Assembly: GCA_963726255.1 (NCBI GenBank)
Contig: CAVSBL010000002.1
Location: forward strand, 992,001 to 1,056,000
Length of the DNA stretch: 64,000 bases
Direction of reading: 5' to 3'
Source of the DNA: Candidatus Bathyarchaeota archaeon
GTDB lineage: Archaea; Thermoproteota; Bathyarchaeia; 40CM-2-53-6
The position numbers and the translations under genes are program-made. A model generated the notes under the pieces. The model was not told the DNA's origin. It saw only the letters and a list, made by a program, of their open reading frames with translations, and ran no database searches. Shown here piece by piece: positions 1-9,737 of this stretch. How positions within the stretch are numbered: position 1 is the stretch's first letter; every line of letters begins with the position of its first letter.

Positions 1-1026
1 TATCGTGCTAGCATATATCGCCGGTCCGATTCCACCAGCGTCGATTGGCCGTGGCATCCAGGCGGCATCGCCAACAATCATGTAACCGTTTGCTACCATG
101 CAATCGTTCTGCCTTCGAACAGGCACTTGCCAGTTTCCTTTTTCGTTTCCCTTATCTTCTGAGCCGTCCGCAAGCTTCCAGTTCTTGATGACAGGATTCG
201 TGCGCACATATTCATCGATTAGGGATTGCAGGGTATCATGTCGGCCCAACTCCTTGTTTCGGCGTTCGAGAATTCTCTTCTGAACACCGAGGCCTATGTT
301 GACCTTATTCTCGCCTTTTGGAAACACCCAAGCGTACCCGCCCGGCGCGATCTCCTGGTCCAGGTGAATAATGCAGTAATCGGGGTCAAAGAAGGTCCCG
401 TCCTTCTTGCCAACTTCAAATTTCAGAATGTACCGCCCCGTTGACTCCATGTCGTTTTCCTTGTCGATCTCCCTTTCAATGTAGCTCTTTATGGGAAGGC
501 TTGTTCGAAGCCGCGAGGCCGACCCTGTAGCGTCTACGACCAGCTTCGCAGTTTTCTTGAAGCTGGAGTTATCCTTCGAGGATCTGCAATGTATGCCCTT
601 GACGAAACCGTCTTCGTGTATGAGAGCATCAGCATAGGTTTCGAACAGGAACTCTACCCCAAGTTTCTCTGCGTCGTTCAATTGCCTCTGGGGGAGGAGT
701 TTGCGGTTTAAGACGAACCCTTGGCCGTCGAACATGGCTTTCGACTTGTGGTCTGGGGAATATGCGACTACCCCGTGAATAGTCCGCTCAAGTTCAGGTT
801 TACTGTAATGTATCCCAACTTCCGAAGCAAGGTAGTCCAGGCTGCCTTTGCTGACAGCGTCTCCGCAAACCCAACCAGTCGCGGTCTTCATTCCCGCTTG
901 AGACCTAGGGTTTCGGTCAACGACAAGGATCCTGAGACTCTGATTAGAGCGCTTTGCAGCAGATGCTGCAGTAATCATTCCTGCAACTCCGGCCCCAGCG
1001 ATTATGACATCATAATCGGGTTCCAT
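1..1026 (-). CDS. Geranylgeranyl reductase family FAD oxidoreductase (DGGGPL reductase-like), 3' end outside window
   Basis: Manual translation: MEPDYDVIIAGAGVAG (FAD motif), VCGDAV, APGGYAWVFPKG, IVGDAAWMPRPIDAGGIGPA. Absent from the ORF track because it runs off the edge. Confidence 0.88.
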   Translation of the reverse strand, partial: MEPDYDVIIAGAGVAGMITAASAAKRSNQSLRILVVDRNPRSQAGMKTATGWVCGDAVSKGSLDYLASEVGIHYSKPELERTIHGVVAYSPDHKSKAMFDGQGFVLNRKLLPQRQLNDAEKLGVEFLFETYADALIHEDGFVKGIHCRSSKDNSSFKKTAKLVVDATGSASRLRTSLPIKSYIEREIDKENDMESTGRYILKFEVGKKDGTFFDPDYCIIHLDQEIAPGGYAWVFPKGENKVNIGLGVQKRILERRNKELGRHDTLQSLIDEYVRTNPVIKNWKLADGSEDKGNEKGNWQVPVRRQNDCMVANGYMIVGDAAWMPRPIDAGGIGPAIYASTI

Positions 1027-1201
1027 CTAGAGCTGCCTCACCGAAACACGTTCTGCACTAACAAGTGGTTCTACACAAAAACGTTCAGGTTTCCAGTTGG
1101 TTTAGTTTTCCTTAAAGCAAATCTAGGATAGAACGCGCTGACTCGGCTTAATGGGAATAGGAAGAAAAGAGAGGCTTAGAGGCGAAGCCGTTACGGCTTG
1201 C

Positions 1202-2878
1202 CTACTTGCCCTTAATCATGCCGTTCTCGATCGAGAGCAGTTCTGAGCTTGGCGTGTTGAGAGCGCCTAGTGGGCACCCGCAGCCCGCCGCATGTCCCTT
1301 ACCCTTTCGTAGAGCGCCTTTGTACAGTCCTTGCTCGAGAGTCGTCTTGTGCTCCTTCTCCCATTGCTCGATGGGGATTCCGTACTTTGGTTGGATAGCG
1401 TCCCTGTACCATTCGGGAATGACGTTGAAGGCACAGAAGGGTATGATTCTCATGTCTGGGCTGAGGTAGTGGATGTCGCATCTTCGCAGGCGTTCTTCAT
1501 CATGGTTGTACTTGTCCATGAAGTGCATCATGCCGAGGAACATTGACTTGTGATGGAACGCTCCGAGTGCGCTGTAGTCGTTCTTGACGAGTGCGTTGAA
1601 GAGCAGTTTGCTGAGGGCCAAGCCCTTTGGTTGCTTACTTCGGTCGATGAACGTTCCCATCTTGGCCAGGACTTTGGCTACTACGAGGTATTTGTTCTTG
1701 CCCGCCCTGAGTTCGTCCGCCTTCTCTTCCAAGTATTCAAGTAGGCCTTCAAGGTCTACGAAGGAGGCCATTGAAACCAGTTTGTCGCCGTCCTTGAAGA
1801 CGTAAGTGCCCGCACCGCATGCGAAGTGGATTGAAAGCTCGTATCGTGGGCGTTTCGTTAGGGCTTCGACGAAGTGTGTAATGGGGACGCAGCTCGGGAC
1901 TGGGAACCAGTCTTCCCTTCGAACTTCGCCGTCTGTCTGCTCCTCGATGCGCTCAATGCAGTCTGGGATTGTTATTCGGTATTTCTCTCGCTCGGACTTG
2001 CTCAACCGGCCGGTCAATGAGACTGGTTGGAAGTTGACGGCGTGAATGGTATCCATGTTTCTTTGGCCGAATCTTATTAGCCCGCCTAATTCGTGGTCGT
2101 TGATGCTCTTGATAACCGTCGGAACCAGTACAACGCCTAATCCCGCTTTTCTGCAGTTCTCAATTGCGATGGGTGCTTCCCAATGGTTCTTCGGGTTTGT
2201 TCGCGGCGTGACGCCGTCGAAACTCATGTAGACGGTGTTGACACCTGCTTCCCTGACGCGCCTTGCGCAATCAGAATCCTGGGCCATATTGATTGCATTG
2301 CTGTTCAGCTGGATGTGCTCAACGCCTTCTTCCTTGCATATGCGGATGATTTCGGGCAAATCTTCACGGAGGGTCGGTTCTCCGCCCGTGATTTGGATCG
2401 CATTACCCGGTACAGGCCTCTCAGCGCGAAGGACTTGAACCATCTCACGAATCTTTTCCTGTGTGGGCTCATACACATAGGCGCCTTCAACACCTTTCTT
2501 GGCGTAGAAGAAGCAGTACCAGCAGGTTAGGTCACAGCGGTTTGTGATGACAAGGTTGGTTAGCCCTGAGTGGCTCAGGTGGCTCGTACATAGCCCGCAG
2601 TTTGTTGGGCACGCACATTTCTCGAGTGGGACGTTCGGGTTTTCGATTCCTTTCCCGTTATGGGAGAACTTGGCGAACTTGTAGTACATGTCGGCGGAGC
2701 CAAAATAGAGTTCCTCAATTTCGCCGTGCTCTGGGCAAGTTTTGCCTAACCAAATCTTGCCTGCACGCTCATAGACGTTTGCTGGGAGAATTCTGTTGCA
2801 ATCAGGGCAAATGCTTCTGGTTTCCCTGATTAGCTTAGTCTCAACCCTTTCCATCTGAACTGTTTCCGTATTAACCAC
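1202..2878 (-). CDS. tes: Tetraether lipid synthase (Tes/GDGT-MAS, MJ0619-type radical SAM)
   Basis: N-terminal SICPDC...TCPEHG, CPTNCGLC, radical SAM CDLTCWYC, FQPVSLTGR, C-terminal RRCDIHY...IIPFCAFN. Confidence 0.85.
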   Translation of the reverse strand: MVNTETVQMERVETKLIRETRSICPDCNRILPANVYERAGKIWLGKTCPEHGEIEELYFGSADMYYKFAKFSHNGKGIENPNVPLEKCACPTNCGLCTSHLSHSGLTNLVITNRCDLTCWYCFFYAKKGVEGAYVYEPTQEKIREMVQVLRAERPVPGNAIQITGGEPTLREDLPEIIRICKEEGVEHIQLNSNAINMAQDSDCARRVREAGVNTVYMSFDGVTPRTNPKNHWEAPIAIENCRKAGLGVVLVPTVIKSINDHELGGLIRFGQRNMDTIHAVNFQPVSLTGRLSKSEREKYRITIPDCIERIEEQTDGEVRREDWFPVPSCVPITHFVEALTKRPRYELSIHFACGAGTYVFKDGDKLVSMASFVDLEGLLEYLEEKADELRAGKNKYLVVAKVLAKMGTFIDRSKQPKGLALSKLLFNALVKNDYSALGAFHHKSMFLGMMHFMDKYNHDEERLRRCDIHYLSPDMRIIPFCAFNVIPEWYRDAIQPKYGIPIEQWEKEHKTTLEQGLYKGALRKGKGHAAGCGCPLGALNTPSSELLSIENGMIKGK

Positions 2879-3119
2879 CGTACTTGGTAAACTAAGTCGG
2901 GCGCTTCGCTTTTTCGCATATTAACCCTTTCCAAACCTGAACGAAGGTGAAAGAGGGGGCACCCAGACGGGCAATTACCCATAACTCACACATCGTTTGG
3001 GTGGAGCCACCCTCAGATTCCTTTATGGCACTTGGCGTAGCAGGTTGGATATTCTTGATCAAACTCTTCGAAGCCAACTCCAGAGAAACCGTTATTCAGG
3101 CTGACAGCAGGCTCAACGC

Positions 3120-3614
3120 GTGTTGATGCTTATGGAGCAACAGGGCAAGTCGCCAAGCGAATCCTCGACTCGGATGGTACGAATTATGATGCCTATGGAT
3201 GCAAACGTGGCCGGTAACGTATTCGGCGGTAGTATTCTGCGAATGATCGACGAGGTGGCGTCAATCGTCGCCTTCAGGCACTCACGTAACAACGTTGTAA
3301 CCGCATCCCTTGACCGGATGGACTTCATTTCCCCAGTCTATATTGGCGACATACTTCGGATGATCGCTTCCATCAACTACACACACAGAACATCGATGGA
3401 AGTTGGAGTTCGCGTCGAAGCAGAGAACCCGCTAACCGGCGAAGTCCGCCACACAGGCACGTGCTACCTCACGTATGTGGCACTCGACAAGAACCGAAAA
3501 CCAACACAGGTGGCTATCCTGAGACCCGAGACTGGCGAAGAAAAGCGACGTTGGGCTGAAGCTGAGGAGAGACGAAAGCGCAGGCTTAAGGAAATTGGTA
3601 AGCTCAAAGATTAA
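3120..3614 (+). CDS. Acyl-CoA thioesterase (hotdog fold)
   Basis: DANVAGNVFGG, VVTASLDRMDFISPV, TSMEVGVRVEAE motifs. Confidence 0.9.
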   Translation: MLMLMEQQGKSPSESSTRMVRIMMPMDANVAGNVFGGSILRMIDEVASIVAFRHSRNNVVTASLDRMDFISPVYIGDILRMIASINYTHRTSMEVGVRVEAENPLTGEVRHTGTCYLTYVALDKNRKPTQVAILRPETGEEKRRWAEAEERRKRRLKEIGKLKD

Positions 3615-3697
3615 GTCGAATGCAATCCAACCTGAGCGCTATACCTGACTTCGGGAAAACTTCAAGAAGAGAAGCAGAGCTACCTTGCAGTCCGGAA

Positions 3698-3934
3698 TTG
3701 GCTGAATTGATTGGCGTAGTTATTACATTCGATGACACGGAGAACAAAGCCTGGATAACGGTCTCAGAAATGGACCTAGATCGCTTCATAGGGCACGACG
3801 CGTCTTTTCAATTCTCGAAGACCAAAGATTTCAAGGGAAAAGTCATCGGTGTTGAGACCGATTTTCTCGTAGTCAAATTTGAGGAACAACCCCTAGGGCT
3901 TGGTCAAGGCAGCCAAGTATCAATAGCCGATTAA
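3698..3934 (+). CDS. Small beta-barrel protein resembling ribosomal protein L35Ae (eL33), acidic and divergent
   Basis: LIGVVITF...FIG...FKGKVIGV...VVKFEEQPLGLGQGSQVSI parallels the archaeal L35Ae pattern. Start uncertain (ORF open from 3620). Confidence 0.45.
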   Translation: MAELIGVVITFDDTENKAWITVSEMDLDRFIGHDASFQFSKTKDFKGKVIGVETDFLVVKFEEQPLGLGQGSQVSIAD

Positions 3935-4074
3935 CTCCCCCCAAGCTGCTCAATTAGCTACGTGTAGTACAACCCTTAGGGGAACTTATAATTCAGGACG
4001 TGAAACCAGTAAGTGCATTCCCTCAGCCACTTGCATGCGCGGGAGCCGCCGAGGTTTAGCGTTTGATTAGAAAT

Positions 4075-4406
4075 ATGGATAAGGATTGGCGCGAGCGGGT
4101 CGTAAAGAACAATCTTGACCTAATCATACTTAGGCTCTTGCGGCGAAGCCTCAATGGGGCTACGAAGTTAACATTGCGATTCGGGACAAATACCGAGTCT
4201 ACTTGAGTGCAGGCACCCTGTATCCGTTGCTGCACTCACTTGAGGAAGATGGTTACATTCAAGGCGAATGGGAATCTGAGAAGGGGCGCGGCCGTAGAAT
4301 CTACAAGATCACTGAAGCGGGGGCCGGCTTCTTGGAGGCAGGGGAACGTGCCACACTCGAACTGGCTCGACTCATGCAAGGCCAGCCGTCGGCAACAAAG
4401 ACCTGA
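4075..4406 (+). CDS. PadR family transcriptional regulator (single-base frameshift near 4140)
   Basis: MDKDWRERVVKNNLDLIILRLL in one frame continues as PQWGYEV...LSAGTLYPLLHSLEEDGYI...RRIYKITEAG in another. Confidence 0.85.
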
Positions 4407-4471
4407 ATCGAGCTCGCGGGGAATTCGAAAGCAATATCAAGGATGAGCGGTTTCGGAGCTGAGACCCGAAC

Positions 4472-5014
4472 TTGCCTAAGAACAGCGCGTCATCGAAGGC
4501 CATTCAAGCGTTCAAGAATCCGACGGTGCGCGTCCTGATACTCATCGTCATACTATTTGCGGCAACTTATGGTGGGGTCGAGGTTATGCGGTTGGCGCTT
4601 CACTCCGAGTCCCCGTTGATGGTTGTTTCATCGGGGAGCATGGTACCTGTCCTCAATGTTGGAGACATCATAATTGTTCGTGGAGTTGATCCACAGACCG
4701 TGACTGTGGGGACGATAATCATCTTCCACAGCCCGTACGAATACGACATGCCGATTGTGCATCGGGTAGTCGCCGTGCTCAACGAAGGGGGCTCACTATT
4801 CTTCCAGACCAAAGGCGACCATAATGGAATTCAGGATGGTTGGAAGGTGCCCGCTGCGAATCTCATGGGAGTATACGTAATGAAAATCCCTTATGTTGGC
4901 CTCATAAGCTTGGAACTGCGCGGGCCCCTCGGGGTCACTCTCATAATTCTACTGGTCGCGCTCATTATCCTAGTTGAATATAGCGAATCGAAAACTCACA
5001 AGAAGAAAAACTAG
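4472..5014 (+). CDS. Signal peptidase I (archaeal Sec11 type)
   Basis: VSSGSMVP catalytic Ser, PIVHRV, TKGDHN, flanking TM segments. Confidence 0.92.
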   Translation: MPKNSASSKAIQAFKNPTVRVLILIVILFAATYGGVEVMRLALHSESPLMVVSSGSMVPVLNVGDIIIVRGVDPQTVTVGTIIIFHSPYEYDMPIVHRVVAVLNEGGSLFFQTKGDHNGIQDGWKVPAANLMGVYVMKIPYVGLISLELRGPLGVTLIILLVALIILVEYSESKTHKKKN

Positions 5015-5065
5015 TGCATGCATTTCGCGGAGATATTCTGTGAACCTCCGAGCCTGTTTCGGTTC

Positions 5066-5335
5066 TCAATCACCTGTAGTCACAAGTTCGCCTACTATCG
5101 CGGTATGCGTTCGGAGCACACCATCCAATGTCTGGATACGTGTCCTCACGGTCCCAGTGAGGTTGTTGATGTCTGTGGCTTCAAGGTAGGCGATGATATC
5201 GAACATTCCGGTAACCGGGTGCGCCGTCTTGACTCCTTCAATCTTCGACATTTGTTCAGTAATACTTCTTGACTTCCCCGGGGCGATCTTGATTAGAATG
5301 TAAGCGCCTATCTTTCGCTTCTCAGTCATTGCCAT
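5066..5335 (-). CDS. Stand-alone Lrp/AsnC ligand-binding domain protein
   Basis: AYILIK...VTGMFDIIA...GVLRTHTAIV. Confidence 0.85.
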   Translation of the reverse strand: MAMTEKRKIGAYILIKIAPGKSRSITEQMSKIEGVKTAHPVTGMFDIIAYLEATDINNLTGTVRTRIQTLDGVLRTHTAIVGELVTTGD

Positions 5336-5377
5336 CTAGGGCGATGTAGTCGCGTGCTTTGCTTATTTTCGCTTCCG

Positions 5378-5974
5378 CTACACACTTGGCGTGGCTGCGG
5401 GAGCCGCTTCGTACGTTATGAGTACCTTTTCCTCAAGGGTTCCCTGAAGTTTGGTGACCGCCCTGTGAACTTCAGTTTCTTTCTTCGCTCCGGTGCAGAC
5501 AAGTTTTCCGCTTGCGAATAGGAGTATGACGACTTTCGGATCGTCCATCCTGTAGATTAGGCCTGGGAATTGTTCAGGTTCATACATTGTCCGTTTGAGC
5601 GAGTACGTGGACTTCTCTAGGTCTATGGCCCCGCCGAGGCCGGCTGACGCAACGATATTCTGAATCATAATTTCCGGCTTGCCAAGTATGACGATGCCAT
5701 TCCTCTTCAGTTCATCAACAACCTTCATCACTGCCTTCCGAGCCTGCCGCTCGGACTTTGCGCCCGTGCAAACCATCTTTCCTGAGCTGAAGATCAGTGT
5801 GGCCGTTTTCGGTTTCTTCAGCCGGTACACGAGGCCAGGGAATTGTTCAGGTCGGTACTCGACACCGGGGAAAACACGAACGATTGAATTGAGGTCAATA
5901 TTCTGGTGAAGGGTCGCGGAGGCGACGACGTTTTCGATGTTGATGAAAGCCTTCTTTACCGGCAGATTAGCCAC
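5378..5974 (-). CDS. tbp: TATA-box-binding protein
   Basis: Two repeats of NVVAS...YxPEQFPGL.YR...LIFSSGKMVCTGAK. Confidence 0.98.
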   Translation of the reverse strand: MANLPVKKAFINIENVVASATLHQNIDLNSIVRVFPGVEYRPEQFPGLVYRLKKPKTATLIFSSGKMVCTGAKSERQARKAVMKVVDELKRNGIVILGKPEIMIQNIVASAGLGGAIDLEKSTYSLKRTMYEPEQFPGLIYRMDDPKVVILLFASGKLVCTGAKKETEVHRAVTKLQGTLEEKVLITYEAAPAATPSV

Positions 5975-6010
5975 CTTATATACGTGGGGAATTGGGCACT
6001 CGTAACCCCC

Positions 6011-6031
6011 TTTAATATATAAGCCCTTTTT
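6011..6031 (-). promoter_or_regulatory. BRE/TATA promoter of tbp
   Basis: Minus strand reads AAAAAGGGCTTATATATTAAA about 40 nt upstream of the tbp start. Confidence 0.55.
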
Positions 6032-6172
6032 AAGCTCGGCTAGGGCGACGGTGTCTCCTAGAGCTAGTTAGGTTGGAGAACGCTAACGGGGCATGTTTCT
6101 CTATGCTGATTGCGTAACGGAGCCGTTATGCAAGCCGAAACGGCATCATCTCGCCCGCGAATAGGCTACATT

Positions 6173-6730
6173 TCAACCTTCAGAAATAGCGGGGCTGAGC
6201 CGCCGACTCTTTGCGTACGCTGCGGCGGTTAGCACTGTGAATAGGCCGATTAAGAGGGGTAGGCCGTAGCTTGGGTATTCTGGGATCGGTTGAACCCAGT
6301 TAACAGTGACGAATGCGTCACCAAAGTTTCCCATATTATCGTAGGCCACGACGACTACTGTGTATGACCCAGGTTGGGCGTAGGCATGGTTCTGTACCTC
6401 ACTAACCTGGCTCTGGCAACAGTAAGGAACATCAAGGAAAGCTCCGTCGCCGAACTCCCAATGCAGCCGAGTGATCCAGGACCCTGGAAACGTTTTGGCC
6501 TGAACCCCAAACGAGTAAACTTGGGGCGGGACAGTGTCCACCTGTACTGCGTTGAAATTCACTTGCAACACCCCGCCCGTCTGGACCTGAAGGTTTGTTG
6601 TAGTCGTAACGGTGAAACTGATGCTTGTCGTCTGTTGCGGACCGTTGGCTGAGGCGGGCGCACTAAGGCTTAGCGTACCGACTAGAGCGGCTACTATGAT
6701 GCACACTGTTACCAGCGAGTTAAGCCTCAA
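6173..6730 (-). CDS. Secreted PKD-domain protein with PEF-CTERM-like sorting signal
   Basis: Signal peptide; WEFGDG...HAYAQPGSYTVVVVAYD PKD motif; C-terminal IPEYP + TM + KSRR. Confidence 0.75.
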   Translation of the reverse strand: MRLNSLVTVCIIVAALVGTLSLSAPASANGPQQTTSISFTVTTTTNLQVQTGGVLQVNFNAVQVDTVPPQVYSFGVQAKTFPGSWITRLHWEFGDGAFLDVPYCCQSQVSEVQNHAYAQPGSYTVVVVAYDNMGNFGDAFVTVNWVQPIPEYPSYGLPLLIGLFTVLTAAAYAKSRRLSPAISEG

Positions 6731-6907
6731 CTGAAATCATTGGACTTGCTGGAAACTCGGAAGATAAACCTACCCGCAAAAACCCCCAAACATGTGTCAT
6801 TTTCCAGCCGCCCCTGAAGCGAGGGTTAACAGCCCACTGCGTAGGCCCAGCGCGCACTGAAACGGAAGATGTAGGACGGTTGCCCGTCTCGAGGGTTGTC
6901 CTATCGT

Positions 6908-9514
6908 TTACTTTCTACGCCGTCTCAGAATCGCTAATGCCGCAATGCCGAGAATCATGCCAGCAATTATGGACTCCCAGGGGAAGCCTGGTATTGGTGG
7001 CAAAGCCAGTGGCGTCGAAGCGGAGGACGAAATGGAAACTATGGTTTCTTGGGATGTGGTCGAAGGTGTGCTGGTCTCCGTACTAGTCACCGCAGAGCTG
7101 GCCGCGGTTGTTGAAGAGGTAGCCGTGCTGGATGTGACAAGACTCGTCGAACTCACCGTTGACGTGCTCGAACTTGCGACTGTACTCGTTGCGCCCGCAC
7201 TTGTTGTACTAGGAGCCGTCGTACTCGGAGTCGTTGTGACTCCACCGCCGCCCGAGGTTGGTATATTCAACGGGTCAAGGTGAATTATGCCTGCCAAGGT
7301 CGAGGAGACAGGGGTACCGGTTGCATCGTATATCGGATCGCCTACTGCAAAGCCGTCTTCGGGTCCCGTCAAGAAAACCGACCGGAGCGTGAGCCCTGTA
7401 GGAGTCAACCCACCTTCGATCGGAGGATTAGGAGTTCCCAAAGGAGTGTTAGTCCATCCTCCACCGTCCCAATGGGCAAACAGGACGTTCGGTGGCGAGC
7501 CGGATCCGTCATCGCCGACGGCCCATCCATCACCATTGCCGGACCCAGTGCCAAACGTATCGACGTAGACGGATCTGAGGTTTGCAGTGTTCGGCGTTAC
7601 TTGGCTTGCGCCGCCTGACCAGCTAGACCCATCAGTCGTAATTGCCACGGTAGCCGAAGCTCCCACCACGACACCGTGAGTTGAGTCTTTGAAGTAAACA
7701 CCGTACAGATTTTGGCCGCCCGAAATCACTGGGATTGGGTTCAAAATCCAAGTTGGCACACCAAGGGTGATTGTTAGCTTAATGACAGTTCCACCATTGC
7801 CCACGGCCCACCCTGCACCCGTGCTGGATCCGGGATTGTTTATGAAAACACTGTTCAAGTCGTTTGTTGTGGGGCTCATAATCGGCGTCCAAGCACCCGA
7901 CTGATAGCGCCATATGTGTCCGCCGGTGCCCACCGCCCAGCCGTCGCCGCCCGTACCGCCACTTAACATGAATACTGACGTCGGCTCACAAGGCAACGAG
8001 CCTCCGCAGCCTGTTATTGGTTGTCCGTTCCAACTATTTCCATTCCATTTCAATGCCTCAGGCGTGGTCGGGTTTCCGCCCAATGCCCACCCCTCGCCTG
8101 AACTCAACATGAAGATGCTCATCACGTCAGCTGACGACACTGCTGCAGGTGCAGCGTTTGCCCGGTGCCATTTGACGCCATCCCAATGGATTAACGAAAT
8201 GCTGCTATCGGCAGTGCTATAGTTTCCTCCCGCCCACGCATCATTCGATCCGACCTCAAAGACTGAGTTGAGGCGTGGCGAGAGCACAATGCTCGTGCTA
8301 CCGCCCCAGCAAGGCGCCGGGACAATTGAACCACAATTCGTATTGCCAGTTTGAATTATGACCCCTTGCGTGCCAACGGCCCAGCCGTTACCACCTGAGG
8401 GGAAACTAGCCCCGAAGAGATCGGTTCCAAAACCCGTGCCAGTATATAGTGGTGGATTTAGGGGTGTCCAAATGTTCGACGACCCAATGGTAGTCGAGTG
8501 AAGAATAGTACTGTGTATTCCCACTATCCAACCCTCGCTTGTGCTGGTGAGGAATATCCCCTCGAGATCAGTACTGGTCGGAGCAGGGCTGGGAACGCCG
8601 GCCCAGAAACCTGTTGTGAAATGCCAAATCTGACCGCCCCGCCCCACAGCCCACGCGTCTATTGGGTTTCCTTGATCTACGAAAATTCCCAAGAGATCAT
8701 TCGCGATTGGGTTGATTTTCGCCGCTGTCCAAGTACCTCCGTTTAATCGGGCAACTACACCTCCGTTACCCGCTGCAAACCCTTCGAGGTTGCCCGCCGC
8801 GTCTTGGAACATGTAGACGCTGTTGTACTGGGATGTAGTTGTCCCCGTCACTGGTTGTTCCGTCCAACCTGCACCCCCTTTCGGGTTTCCACTGAATTGA
8901 AAGATAGCTCCAGCAGTCGTATTCTTGCCAACCGCAAAGGTGAGCCCTGATGGGAAAGATATGCCGCCTGGACAACCGGATCCGAATTGTGGAGAGTGAC
9001 AAACCATAAACACTGAGGTTAGATTTCTCGAGTTTGCAAGACCGAGGGAAATTTGAGTCGCAGCTATACCGTCATAATAAACAGAGATGCCTATCGTCGA
9101 ACCAGAATCGGTCCCAACGAACCACCCATCTGATCCGTCACCGTTCGCGCTGCACAGCCCGACTCCTGGAGCTCCTGGATTAGTACAGAAGTTCACAGAG
9201 TTGTATAGGCCAGATGGAAAGGTCTGCATCACCCAAGAGAAACCGTCGTATCGTGCAACGAGCGGGGCAGGCGCGGTAGTTGAGTTTCCTCCGACCGCCC
9301 ATCCATCTCCCGCACCAATCGAACCAGATCCCCCATTTCTAACATATACACTACGCAACGGCCCCCTTACATTCTCTGAGTAGTGAGTGGGGTTAATGTC
9401 ACGCCAATCGCCAGAGGTTATCAGTCCCTGGCCCGGCAGTATGTTAACAGCGAACAGAATTAGCACGAGGCTTATGGCGACTAAACCGAACCTGTAGGTC
9501 CTCATGTGCGTCAT
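6908..9514 (-). CDS. Secreted beta-propeller repeat surface protein (Ycf48/BNR-like) with Ser/Thr stalk and PGF-CTERM
   Basis: Repeated L.SVF....GWAVG..G.I...W units, S/T-rich linker, IPGFPW + TM + RRRK. Confidence 0.75.
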   Translation of the reverse strand: MTHMRTYRFGLVAISLVLILFAVNILPGQGLITSGDWRDINPTHYSENVRGPLRSVYVRNGGSGSIGAGDGWAVGGNSTTAPAPLVARYDGFSWVMQTFPSGLYNSVNFCTNPGAPGVGLCSANGDGSDGWFVGTDSGSTIGISVYYDGIAATQISLGLANSRNLTSVFMVCHSPQFGSGCPGGISFPSGLTFAVGKNTTAGAIFQFSGNPKGGAGWTEQPVTGTTTSQYNSVYMFQDAAGNLEGFAAGNGGVVARLNGGTWTAAKINPIANDLLGIFVDQGNPIDAWAVGRGGQIWHFTTGFWAGVPSPAPTSTDLEGIFLTSTSEGWIVGIHSTILHSTTIGSSNIWTPLNPPLYTGTGFGTDLFGASFPSGGNGWAVGTQGVIIQTGNTNCGSIVPAPCWGGSTSIVLSPRLNSVFEVGSNDAWAGGNYSTADSSISLIHWDGVKWHRANAAPAAVSSADVMSIFMLSSGEGWALGGNPTTPEALKWNGNSWNGQPITGCGGSLPCEPTSVFMLSGGTGGDGWAVGTGGHIWRYQSGAWTPIMSPTTNDLNSVFINNPGSSTGAGWAVGNGGTVIKLTITLGVPTWILNPIPVISGGQNLYGVYFKDSTHGVVVGASATVAITTDGSSWSGGASQVTPNTANLRSVYVDTFGTGSGNGDGWAVGDDGSGSPPNVLFAHWDGGGWTNTPLGTPNPPIEGGLTPTGLTLRSVFLTGPEDGFAVGDPIYDATGTPVSSTLAGIIHLDPLNIPTSGGGGVTTTPSTTAPSTTSAGATSTVASSSTSTVSSTSLVTSSTATSSTTAASSAVTSTETSTPSTTSQETIVSISSSASTPLALPPIPGFPWESIIAGMILGIAALAILRRRRK

Positions 9515-9737
9515 TTTACATCACGAACCGAACCATATATAAGCGTTGCTTAGTGGCACACATCTACACTTCATTCTTGCTCAAACTCTGTGATATATTT
9601 CCTGACAGCCTCACGGATTACAAACGACCTGGAAGGCACCTTGTCTCCCTCGACCATCTCGTCAATCGTGTCCAGCAATTGGATGGGGAGTGTGGCGGTT
9701 ATGTTCGCCATTCTGTTCGATTTCTTACCTCTCATTG

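Noticed and set aside
6106-6148. Hammerhead ribozyme-like CTGAT...GAAA
   Set aside because: The core is CUGAUUG rather than CUGANGA, and the stem arrangement does not fit.
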